A stretch of DNA of 64,000 nucleotides, taken from Chrysomallon squamiferum. Lineage: Eukaryota; Animalia; Mollusca. A program made the position numbers and the translations under genes. Below are positions 40,210-53,039 of the stretch, piece by piece. Every line of letters starts with the position of its first letter. The first letter of the stretch is position 1. The stretch lies in NCBI GenBank assembly GCA_012295275.1, contig CM022679.1, forward strand, positions 5,704,001 to 5,768,000, written 5' to 3'. Under the pieces are notes generated by a model. The model was given only the letters and a program-made list of their open reading frames with translations. It did no database searches and had not been told where the DNA came from.

Positions 40210-40505
40210 AAGGTGTCACTTCTTTCAGGTCCGGTACGAGGGTATAAAGTGCACGACTTTTGGCATATTAAATTATTGTGACAACGAAAGCCGAATCGTC
40301 AGTACTGGAAGTTCATCAGACTGTTATCTGTCGAGCTTGATACCTACTAGGGAGCTAGTGCAGGCGAGTGTTGGCAAGAAAACCGCTATAAAGAGGAAAC
40401 CCAGACAGACCAAATAGAACGTCCTGTCGCAAGTTCTAAAGATGTCAGGTGTCAGGAAGGAGACGAAAACGCCCTTTTTAGGGCGAAATGTCTTCAGAAT
40501 GAGTG
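40210..40505 (+). pseudogene. Short histone-gene-like unit (possibly H1-derived) with GGTCCG box, TATA and variant stem-loop
   Basis: GGTCCG 40228-40233, TATAAA 40243, stem-loop CGCCCT-TTTT-AGGGCG 40470-40485. The body fragments TGSS, ELVQASVG and KKTAIKRKP only weakly recall H1. Confidence 0.45.
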
Positions 40506-40597
40506 TTTCTGTTCATCTTATTTCAGTTGTAATAGCGGTAATGTAATAACATTAGTATTAGCATCATTAATAATGATAATGATGATGATTGATGTTG

Positions 40598-40628
<31 letters not shown>

Positions 40629-42242
40629 AAAGTAATAATAAAATAAATAATAATAATAATAACAGTGTAAAAATAATTGCAGTTATAATAATACTAGTAG
40701 TAGTAGTAATTAATATATTATTATTTGCTTAATTATTTTATTATAAATTAATTAATTCTTAATAAATAAATAGTTTTACATTTATAAATAAAACAATAAA
40801 CAGGTCATATGAACAAGGAAATAAATAAATACAACAACAATAAATAAACTAAATAATAACAAATAATAACAAATAATAATAATAATAATAATTTTATTAG
40901 TAATGGGCTGAGGTTATTCAAGTAACGCATCCCCTAATCCCTTGCAATCCCCCCGAAATAGATATTACGTCAGACGCTATATTCTCTGCATTTACAAGGA
41001 ATACGAAACCGTGAACATTTTTAACAAACACATGCTACTTTTGTTCTTCTTTTTTTACTTTAATTATAAATTGATATTTTTAAAAGAATATATGCTTTGA
41101 ATTTTGCACATTTTATATTTTTATTACTTAATCGTAACTAAATAACTAAAAAACACTGTCAGAAGTAAACTGTTTGTATTAAACAAAGTAAAAACAAAAC
41201 AAAAAACCTGTAAATTTTATATTATTTTACTTTCTTTGAACAATATCAAGAAAGTTTCGGCATTATCATGATTATAGAAATATTTTTATATTGTTTTCTT
41301 AAAAGGAATCACATCAAAAATACTTTTATACACATATGAGAGAATGATAATGTTACAGAAGATTTTAACGCGAAAACGTTTCAACGAAAAAAAACAAGTC
41401 CTTGTTGTCGACGCCATTGCTAAATAATAGTTAAATAATAATAAAATAAAGACTAATAAATAATCTAATTATGATACTAATAAATAATACAGTTACGATG
41501 ATGATAAATAATTATAGGCAAATAAAATAAAATAAATAACAATTACCAATAATAATAGTAATAAAAAGAAATAATATAATTATGATAATAATAATTAATA
41601 CTAATAATTGTATAATGGTAAATAATATATTTAAGATAATAATAAATAATTGTGATACATAAAATAAGGAAATAAATAAATTAAATAATTATTAGTACTA
41701 AAAATATTTATAATAATAATATAATTATTTGTAATAATAAAAAAGTATACTACAGAAGCAAATAAATAAATAGAATAAAATAAATAAATATTTAGTACTA
41801 AGAAAGTTATAAAATAAATAATAACAAAAGACTGGGGGCGGAATGAAACAGAATGAAAAGTCCAAACTGAAGAAGGCAAACATTTAAGTAAATAAACAAA
41901 AATAATAAATAAAATAAAATAAATAAATAAACAAATAAAAAAAACAACTAAAAATGATAAATAAATAAATAAATAATAAATAAAAATTATAATAAAAATA
42001 ATAATAATATAAATAGTAACACAAAATATTTAAAAAAAAGAAAGAAAGAAAGAAAATTATTTGACCACATTTTCTAAAGCCCATAAGTGTGTGTATTATA
42101 TTTCATTTCTTAATCTGTTCTAAAATACTAAAGATCAAAGATTAATTTATTGTGGAGGTTGTTAAAAATAAATATCTTCATTATAAAATAATAAAAATAA
42201 TCAATAGTGACATGTAATAAGTAGTATGTAATAACAAAAAAA

Positions 42243-42294
<52 letters not shown>

Positions 42295-43029
42295 AAAATA
42301 TATATCTGATGGGAGTATTGAGAATGTGAGAAATACATGCAAAAGAACCTTACTTCATTCCATGACCTCATAACAGGATAATGAATGGACCATTTCAGTA
42401 TATAGAGACAAATATCTTCATGTGCATTTTGTTTTGTTATGTAGGAACCAACTATCTTGAATATCAACAATATCACACTTGAAGATGGTTCCAGAATCAA
42501 CAAAAGTTGTAAATATATATACAAAAGAAATTTTCATAATAATAAATAAATTTTAGTTCAAAATATTAAAAAACAGAAGTACTTTTTCATTTTTTGTGCA
42601 CTTCAGAAGTGATAACTGTGAATGACAAGTGATTGATGTATTGTGCACCCACCCCTGATTTAATATATAAGTAAAAACAGCAAAATCAAATCAAATAAAA
42701 CCATTTTTAAATTATTTTATTGAAAAACATTTCATTAAAAATTTCTCACTTTAAAAATAAATTAAAATAAAAAACCATTTTTTAATATTTTAATACTAAA
42801 TTCTGCAATTTTGAAATAAGAAATTATTAACAGATGGATATTTATTTCTTGTCTTTTAAATTAAAATTAAGACTAAGATTAAGAAGTTTCCACAAACCTT
42901 TTTTTAAAATAGCTTGCACATTTTAATATAATCGTTTGATTTCATCATCATTTAGACTATTTATTTATTCATTTATTTTTTGAGATAATACTGCATGGAT
43001 TACTTGATATTTGTTTTATGTTCTGTACC

Positions 43030-43260
43030 TTTGGTGAACAGTCCCCCAGAACTCAGTTTTCAAGTACGAGTTCCGTATTATCCACTCTTCAGGTGGGGGT
43101 GTCATCACTCACCAGGTGACTCACTGTGGCTCCATTCAAGGTACAGAGATGAATTTCAAGGAGTCTTGAGGGAACAGCAAGGAATAATCAAGGCTGTCTG
43201 TCCCACTGCCAAATTGTAGTGTCCCGTTCAAATACTGAAGCACCTCCACATTGCAATATC
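43030..43260 (+). pseudogene. Degenerate H4-like relic
   Basis: 'agg tgg ggg -gt gtc' resembles RRGGV; YRDEFQGVLR resembles YEETRGVLK; IIKAV..TAK resembles VIRDAV..HAK. Confidence 0.4.
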
Positions 43261-43774
43261 AAACTACTTTATTTATTTATTTATTTATTTTTATCTACTT
43301 GTTTTTGTTTTATATGTATTCATTTATTTACTTTTTTTTATATTTATTTCCTTACATACTTATTTATTTATTTATTTATTTATTAGTTGTTGGGGTTTTT
43401 TTTTCATGTTGTTGTTTTGGTTTTTTGTGGGGTTTTGGTGGTTTTTGGGGAGTATTTTTTCTCATTGTTGGAATTTGATTAATTCATTTATTCATTTAAT
43501 TAAGATTTATTTATCTCATTTATTTTACATTTATTTATTTATTATTTGGGATAGTGTTCCATGCGTTAGTTGTAATCAAATTCTAACAAACAAAAAACTA
43601 ACAAATAAATCAATAAATAAATAAAATAATAATAAATAAATAAATAAATAAGCAAATAAATAAATAAATAAATACATATAAAATAAAATAAGTAGATAAA
43701 AATAAATAAATAAATAAAATATTAAACTAAAAAAGCACACAAAATAAATAATAAATAAAAGAAAGAAAAAAGCA

Positions 43775-44112
43775 ATGTTACATGGTCTAAGGGAGACAAC
43801 TCTAATTTATTAACATTTTTTTTATCTTCGGTTTATTGCTTTATTTGCTAAAATAATAATTCATATTTATTTACTTTTTCTTTGCCCCACAGTATTTAAT
43901 ACCATTAAGATATTTAGGAAACATAAAGCAAATTAAGAATAGAAAAACTAATTTATTAAATAATTCAATTTATTAATAGTAATATCCTAATTATTTTCAC
44001 GGTAATACAAATAGCGATAAAAGTGAATCTAACTTTTTTACGTTAAAAAATTATGTATATAATTATAATCCATCAGTGAATAGAAATAGGAACAGTTTCA
44101 TTTTACAAGTAT

Positions 44113-44180
<68 letters not shown>

Positions 44181-44422
44181 CCTGAACAAATGGTTAACTT
44201 GTTTTTAGCAAAAGGAATTCTGAATAAAATTAAATGCAGTGGAACATGAAACGATATTTCGCCTAAGTGCAAAGATATTTGGTCACCAGAAGCAGTGGAC
44301 GAACAAATTTTTCGCTTTACGGTGTAAGGGAAATAACTCTAGATAAACACAAATATTTAAGGCGGTTAGAGTTGTCTCTGTTAGACTATGTAACATATAG
44401 CTTTATTATTATGATGATGATG

Positions 44423-44485
<63 letters not shown>

Positions 44486-45385
44486 AATAAACAAGTTTTA
44501 ATCCAGGTTCTGTTTTTCTGACAAAGTTTCTTATATTTCTACATAAAAAAAAAGATGCCAAATAGAAAAACCCATTGATATGTGGTCTAAGGGAGACAAC
44601 TCCAATTTATTTACTGTATTTTTATCTTGAGTCATTTCCCTAATACTATAAATAGAAAGGTTTTGTTCTTTTACTATTTTTAGTATTAATCTGGGGAACC
44701 AGATTTCATTCTATTTTAACATTTAATGCACTAGTGACTAAATTTCGTATCATTTTTGCAAAGTATATTTTTTTCTCTGATATATTTTATTACTTTCTTT
44801 ACTAAAATAATAATTAATATTTATTCAGTTTTTCTTTACCCACAATATTTAATACCATTAAGATATTGAGAAAACATAAAGCAAATTAAAAATAGTGAAA
44901 CTGTAATTTGTTAAATAATATAATTTAGTAGTAGTAATATCGTAATTATTTTCGTGGTAATACAAATAGTGATAAAAGCGAATCTACCTTTTTTCTTTAA
45001 ATTTAATTATCTGTGTTAAAAAAAAAATTATATATTTAATTATAATCCATCAGTGATTAAAAACAGAAACAGTTTCATATTTCAATATGAAAAATTAAAC
45101 TAATAATAAAATATATAAAAAGATGTGCGCATTATATGGTCTAAGAGAGACAACTCTTATCGCCTTAAACATTTGTTTTTATCTTGAGTTATTTCCCTTA
45201 GACCGTAAAGCGACAAAATTTGTTCTACTATTTTTAACATTAATTTGAGGTAGTAGAATTCATTTCTTTTAGATATCATTCACTGGTGACTAAATTTCTT
45301 TGCACTTAGACGAAGTATCTTTTTATGTTCCACTGTATTTAATTTATATTTGCTAAAAATAAGTCAACCATTTATTCAGGTATTT
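43775..45385. repeat. Cluster of direct and inverted copies of a ~250-500 bp element
   Basis: Anchor 'tggtctaag(g/a)gagacaactc' at ~43783, ~44583, ~45138 (+), ~44390 (-) and a variant at ~32622. 44180-44395 is the reverse complement of 45135-45380. 43850-44105 is repeated at 44800-45080. Confidence 0.8.
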
Positions 45386-45676
45386 ATTTATTTTTTTATT
45401 TTTTTATTTTTTTTTTTTATGTTTTATTTTTTTTTTTTTTTATTTTTTTTTTTTTTTTTTTTTTTTTTATTATACTACAACTAGCACCGGATATTATGTT
45501 TATAACACGATTTTACAGTCCATTATTTTCTGTCGATACAGACGACATCTGTACAACAATCATAAAGAAGAAAGGAAAAACTTAAAAAATAAAAATAAAA
45601 AATAATAAAATAATAAAATAAAGAAACAAAGAAATAATAAAGCCCTATTACTCTATTAGTAATAATAAGGAAAAGC

Positions 45677-46110
45677 TATCCAGCTGCACATAGCGAAAGA
45701 AATTCGCGCACCGAGGGTGACTGAATGGAAATAATGGAAGTTGGAATGGGTCAAAATGAACCCAGCATATCCAGGATATCGCAGTAAGTGAAAACAAAGC
45801 ACACTGCAGAGGGTCTCAGGTAGAACAGACGCAGACGACAAATCTCGGTGCGCACAACTGATGACATCTGCGCAGCGGGTGGCAAGAGGCATTAAACACG
45901 TTTTTGACGAAGGGAAACAGTTTATGCAACGTCAACAGAATGGGAGATAAACCAGACTTAAGAAAATCACGGTGCGCTTATGAAATTAAATATGCGAACC
46001 GAATTATCAAATTCCAGAGGATGAAACCTCCTTCAAAACAGTGAACAAAAGAAACATTCTCTGTACTATAAAAAGAGAGTGAATGTCGGCCATCGTGATA
46101 ATAAAACGTG
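45677..46110 (+). pseudogene. Degenerate H2A-like segment followed directly by an H3-like segment
   Basis: H2A part: EIMEVG resembles EILELAG; MNP/HIQ.IAV resembles IIPRHLQLAV. H3 part: RT/TQT/KS..QLMT..ARGIKH resembles RTKQTARKS..QLAT..TGGVKKPH; KPDLR resembles KTDLR; LCTI..KR resembles LCAIHAKR. Confidence 0.45.
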
Positions 46111-46565
46111 GATAGCGTTAGAATGAAACATCTGCACATCAAACTGAGTTTATTTATTTATTTATTTGTTTATGTTTAACAAGTTTATTTTTAAATGTCT
46201 TTTATAATAATTAACTTTAATATATAGAGATACACGCATGCATGCATACCTAAATACATACATTCATTCAAACATTAATACATACATGCAAACATTTATA
46301 AATAAAAACAGTGTGTGTGTATGTGTGTTTATGTGTGTATGTATGTATGTATGTACAAAAATACATACATAAATTAAAAAAGAGAGAACTATATCAATTT
46401 ATTTATTTCTATCTGTCTATAAAATGAATCAGTTCTAGAAAATATGTTTTCAATCCAGTCCCTAAAATATTTATTTAAATCTCAATGTCAAGTATAATTA
46501 AATGCTTCAGTGTCATTATATATAAAATTTTAAAATGTTATTGATCACACAACCTTTATTTTCCC

Positions 46566-46643
<78 letters not shown>

Positions 46644-47315
46644 TACTAAATTTGTTTTACCGGCGAGTTTGGTGGATAGAATACGCGATGAACTATGATA
46701 CATTACAGAATCAGTCCTTCTCAGAAGAGTTGTTTAGAACATTTCTGATTCCAACGAGTGCTCTACGACATTTTCAAAAAGGATGTGGAACGTGTTTTCC
46801 TATCTAAAGAAAGATTGATTTAATAGATCCCTTACTCTATTTGGCTTTTAGCTTTCTCTATCTCTATCTGTATGATCCTTAATCGTAATAATAATATTGA
46901 CATTAAATTTAACACTGCAAGATTATTTCTAAGTATATGCATAATATTATATTACCACAGCATATAAAATATTGCTATATACGCATAACAGTGTAAAGCT
47001 ATATATAACAATAGGTATAACCTCGTTCTAATATTGAATCTTTTCACTAGCAATATAGAGAATACCATTATCTTTGATAAACCCAGTCATATGGTTTTGT
47101 TTGAAATGGGAAATACCTATTGCTGATCAGAATGACAAAAAATTTCATTTATTTTTCTTTATAACATTTATGTATCATTATTTATTTATCAGCCAAAAAT
47201 ATGTATTTCATTGGTGTTATAAATGTACTACTAAGACTGAGTACAGATTATTAACTGTAACGAAGGAGTAGAAAAACTTCGGCAGGCTTTCACAACGTCG
47301 TCATACTACAGCTTG

Positions 47316-47401
<86 letters not shown>

Positions 47402-47979
47402 GGATATTAGTTCCAGGGGAACCATGTAGTACAGACAAACATTTCACCTTAACACATTTCAAACTTTCAGTACACCTGAAAATTCAGGGCACTTGTTTTC
47501 AGATGAAAATAAATACAGACATTAATTAAAAACATGATTAGAAAATGTATATAATTTATGCAGATCTATATAAAAAGCCTTCGTAACATTTCTGTTACAA
47601 TGTATAAATGCACAAATAAGTTTTCACAAACAAGGCTCACTTCAAAGAAATATGTAATACATTGTTTAATCTTAGAAATACAAAATAATAATAAGTTAGG
47701 GTAACGCACGCATGCACACGATAGATAACAAAACAAACAACCCCTCCCCATTAAACAGATAAAACCGCATCCAAATAGTTAGGGTAGGTATTATTCCAAC
47801 ACCACAGCTATTATTATTATTATTATCTTAAAAAAAAAAAAAAAAAAAAATGATATTTTCGATTTGGAAATATATATATATACCATTGTTTATAATTAAC
47901 TTCCAATGCAAATATCGGTAAACATTCATTTTATTTATTTCAAAATTACGTTGGTGCCCACTTTTGGTTTTATTCTGCA

Positions 47980-48066
47980 GAAGATTTCGCGCAAGCGCAG
48001 AAAAAGAAATCGCTTGTAATTCCGGTTTGACACCATGCTTGAATGTTTACAGAAGTCTAAACCTTG
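47980..48066 (+). other. Possible promoter/first exon of an unidentified + strand gene
   Basis: CpG-rich patch with TTCCGGT, 'accATG' at 48035 and a donor-like tg|gtgaga at 48066/7, followed by a long CpG-poor region. No downstream coding exon was recognised. Confidence 0.25.
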
Positions 48067-48487
48067 GTGAGACAAAGTTTGTTGATATTCATATTGTGGA
48101 GGTGTTTTATTTCAACGGTTGGTTCATATTCATTTGGTCACAATTCCCGGATTAATAAGAGACTTCTCAATTTATTAAAGGTATTAGATTGTTTTTGTTT
48201 TTTTTTCTTCTTTTGATTTAAAAAATTAGTGTACGAGTTTTATTCGTAAAACAAACGTAATAAGAGGTAAAGAGCGAAGGTTGGAACGACAATGTTTTCA
48301 TGTTTTATGCCATTCTTTTGGAGTAATAATGAATCTAGTTCCAACAGAACGTGCTAGAAGTAAAGAACATCCCTCTGTGTTCACGTAGTATGTCAAACCG
48401 ATACACAGACATCTCGTATGTTATGTTGTTACATCGATCCAGGAGAGAAGTATTGGATGACCAATTGCCATCGATTTTTGTACGTTA

Positions 48488-48572
<85 letters not shown>

Positions 48573-50222
48573 GTCCACAAAAGGCTTACAAATATACATG
48601 GTATGAGCTGTCTTGGCTTTTACTGGTGCATACTAATCAAATCATATAAAAGATTCATTGAATGGAAGTTATAAATAAAGGAAGACAGTTATCAGAAACA
48701 GTAGATAATAATAAAAAAAAAAGTTATGGGTGTACTGTTATAATGGCATAGACTAAATAAGTTAAAAAAAACAAAAATTTGTATCAAAAATTGTCAAATA
48801 TCTTTTGTAATTGTAATAAAAGTTTTAAATTTCACTGTTAGGTCTGCTCAATCATGTCTGACAGTATTTTTGTTAAAAGTTAACATGAGTGAATCATTTA
48901 TATGCACTTTGTCATTAGAAATTTATTATATGTCATGCATTTGTTTATATTTTGACCTTTTTTCTTCCTTTTTAAAAAACAAAAAACAAAAACATATGCA
49001 GGGAAACGAGTACCATAATCTTTTATAAACCATCACAGTGCATTAGTATGAACCAAAAATAATACTTTTTTTTTTTTTTAAATGTTTGTTTTACAAATGG
49101 GCAAACACATATTACAAACTTTCATAAAGCATCATAAAGTACCAGTATGAACTGAAAATAATACTGGGGTTTTTTTTGGGGGGGTAACCATTTTTTTTTA
49201 ACATACAGCCAAATACATACCACAAACTTTTGGTGAAGCTTTATAGTACTGGTTTGAACTGAAAATAATACTGTTATTGATTTTTTATTTTTTATTTTTT
49301 ATTTATTTTTTATAAATACACACCGATACTTACCACAGCCCTTGATCCACTGGTCACTTCTTTAACTACAAAGGAATTGCTTTGATCTTTGTTTTTTAGA
49401 TTGTATGTGGCAGGTTAAATGTTTTTGAACATCATGTGTGTGCTGTTCCACTGACTGAGGACGATCATTTCATTAACAGACAGTAATGGAATTAAAACAT
49501 AAAATTGGTTTCAACATTATTCTGATCTGCATTAAGCAGATTAAATCAGAACTTCATCAAATACAGAAATAGAAGCAGGCATTAAAAAAAAAAAAAAAAA
49601 AAAAAAAAATGTAATGAGTCATTCACTGCACACATCAATAAATTTGTGGAAGCAACAGAGTAAATTTTCAATTGATATGTTTCCTGGTTATTTATTTATT
49701 TAGTACCTAGTGTTTTATTCTGCTGTTATATATAGCATGCAATAAAAATGTAAATAAGATTTGTTCATTGGTTATGTTGTATTCAAAATGAAGAAAATGG
49801 ATTGTAGGACACTAGAGTACTATTGTACTTAGTTCTGACCAGTCACAGGATCAATTCTCCTTGATCTTGTAAATAGATCATTTCCTCTTTCCACTAGTGC
49901 TCCATTTTTGTAGTCTCAGTGTGAGTTTTTCAGCCTCTGGGAGTGAGTCTGTATGAGACACCTTCCTGCTAATGAAAAAGATTGGTTCATAGAATGAAAG
50001 CAGTTCTACTTTCATCTTACTGTTGTGTGTGTGATCTGTGTGTGTGTAAACATTAGATGTATTGAGATTATGTATAGCAAACATGGTAGTTTGTCCTTAT
50101 TTATTTTAGGAATGTGACTGACATATTTATTTACATACATGCAGACATGTACATGCATACCCAAACATTTGCAGAATGTATTTAATATATATATTAGATA
50201 CATACATACATACATCTTTCTT

Positions 50223-50253
<31 letters not shown>

Positions 50254-50646
50254 GTAACAGCTAAATTTGTTAAGGTCTTGCATATTTAATGAGTTAACGT
50301 CTTGTGCCACAGTGTAAGTGCACTGGGAATAATGCATGTTTGTTACAAGTTCTTTATTAAACTTCAGTGCATTTATCAAAATGAGACAGGGCAACAATGC
50401 TTTCAGGTTACTTGGGTAAACAGCACAATTTAATGTTAAACTGTTGTTATAGCAACATACAGTGTTAATCACTGCACTCAGGTCTGTTTATTCTGCAGCT
50501 TGTCCCAGGCTGCAGTTCCTTGATTTGACTATTTCACTGTATCCTGACAAATAAACATCATTATCACATCAGTTTCTTAGGTTTTAAAGTTGATCTCTGA
50601 AAGGTGAGTGAGTGCATGTCGAATGTGTGTGTGTGTGCGTGTGTAA

Positions 50647-50697
<51 letters not shown>

Positions 50698-51915
50698 CAC
50701 ACTCGTAAATTATGCACTAACACACACACATATGTTGAAGTTCATTATAAAATCCTTATGTAATTTAAAAATGTTATAACTTCTGATCTATGCTTGATAA
50801 AATTGATCTGTAAAAAAAAAAAGGATAAGAGAAAAGAATTTTTAGATTTTTAAATATATTTATTGCTGAGATTCTTAATTTTCAACAGGACCACTGTTAA
50901 TACAGTGTAATTGAAAATCAGCTGCAAAAGTATTTCCACAACTTCAGAATCATATCATGATTTGTATATATTTGTGTGTGTGGTGTGTAAATTGTTTTCT
51001 TCACATGTCATGAAATTAGGTGTAGATTGGTGACACACTGCTGGCTTTAGACATAATGGATTGCAGGATCAGTCTTCATTACACTGCTGATTGGACTGTT
51101 TACTATTCTCACCACAGTTCAGTGACTGCATTATCCAGTTCTCTTATCTGCTGTCATTGGGTAGATGAATGTAAAAACTTACTTACTGCTAAATTAATTT
51201 TATAAAATAACTAAATAATTAAATAAATAATATTTAAAAAACATAAATATTAAAATAAAATTTTTATTAAAAAAAACAATGTTTGACATGTTATAACTAT
51301 TAAAATCAAAATATTTAAGAATCATAAAACAACCATTCATTTATTCATCCATGCATCCATTTATTTGTTTGTTTGTTCATTCATCTTTTATAATTTTACA
51401 TATAAAACCTTGAGTATGACGTCAGCCTAATACTGTTAAAGTAAAAACAGTCAAATTAAAAACTGTTGAGGTGTTTATTCATCGTTTATCACTTTGTTGA
51501 CATTCAGAAACCAATTTTCAATTTTTCAGTGTTGTTAAACATTTTTTCGTTTCATCCTCTCCAACACCAGGCTTGCCAGTAACTAATTAAGTTATATCAC
51601 ATTACTTTTCCAGAAAGTAAACTTCATGTCTGCTTCTTCATCATATTTTCCCAGACCTGTATTAAATCAGTTCTGATGTGTTGCCAGACTCTTACAGTCT
51701 TTCATTTCTTGCTCACATCATGGTAGGTTTCAATGACTAAATAATTTGTCAAATTGTATAAAAACCCGAGACAAACAGACTGCTTGTTCCATTGCCCCAT
51801 CTGTCTGTGAGTGTGTTCTGATTGGATACGACACTGAGTAAAAAGACTCAATTTGTTTTTATTGAGGACTAATTTAAAAACCTTTTTAGCTAAATGACAC
51901 TCAGACACAGAGACA

Positions 51916-51965
<50 letters not shown>

Positions 51966-52414
51966 CTTGTATTCCGTTGTTATCAGACAGCCATTAACAA
52001 GATTGGTGCACATTGTCGAGTGTTGTTTTAGAATTCTAATGTGAGGTATTGGCTCATTCTGTCAATGATTTTTCAAGTGAATATTGAAGGTTTGCATTGC
52101 CTCCAGTACATTAGCTTTCTCTCATCTCTTTTGTATTGAATAAACCTGGTTTAATGTTAAGCTTTCATTAAATGTTATTTTGCCTGTCTGCTGGTGGTGT
52201 ATTGGTTATTGTTTTTCAATTTCAAATCCAAATCTGGTGGCTCCATTTAACATCTTAATAACTTATGCAAATAGCATGTAAATGTACATAAAGAATGTGG
52301 CATTAAAAGGTATTTTTCTGACTAATGGTGATGTAAGTGTAGTAAATATATTATGTATGAAACTGACCTTGATTCAAGAATATGTTTTAGTCTTAGATTA
52401 AAAAATATACACTG

Positions 52415-52458
<44 letters not shown>

Positions 52459-53039
52459 ACACAAAAACATATTTCCACACAGATATACAAATCAAACAGA
52501 GACACATGCTGATATAAACATACAGGTCAACACACTTCGAAGTACATATATATACAAGACACATCCATTCACACACACACACACACACACACAGATGCAC
52601 ATACACAGACATACACAACCACACCAAGATCAACACCACACACACACAAGTACACTTGTTCATTGCAAGACATTTAAACTACATCTTACTGTAATTACAG
52701 ATTTAATATCTTCACAATATGAGATGTCTGCTGACCAGACTTGAGAGAAACAATCACAGTTATAACACTTTCAGTAAATACATCCATCTGTTCTCGATTT
52801 TATTTCACTTACAGACAGATTCAGAAATCAGTTTGCTTGTTTTTCTGATGTGCATTAAGGTAATTAGTAATGAAACTGTATTAGTGAAAGTGTTAAAAAC
52901 AAAATAAAGAGCTGGAGTGTCGTTGTATTAAACTGTGATAAGTGATTTTTTATTGCCTGTTAAAATGTCTGGACAGATTCTGTGAGCAATCTAAATAGAA
53001 CAGAACAGACATGGTGTTGTGCATAAACAGTCTAAGTAT

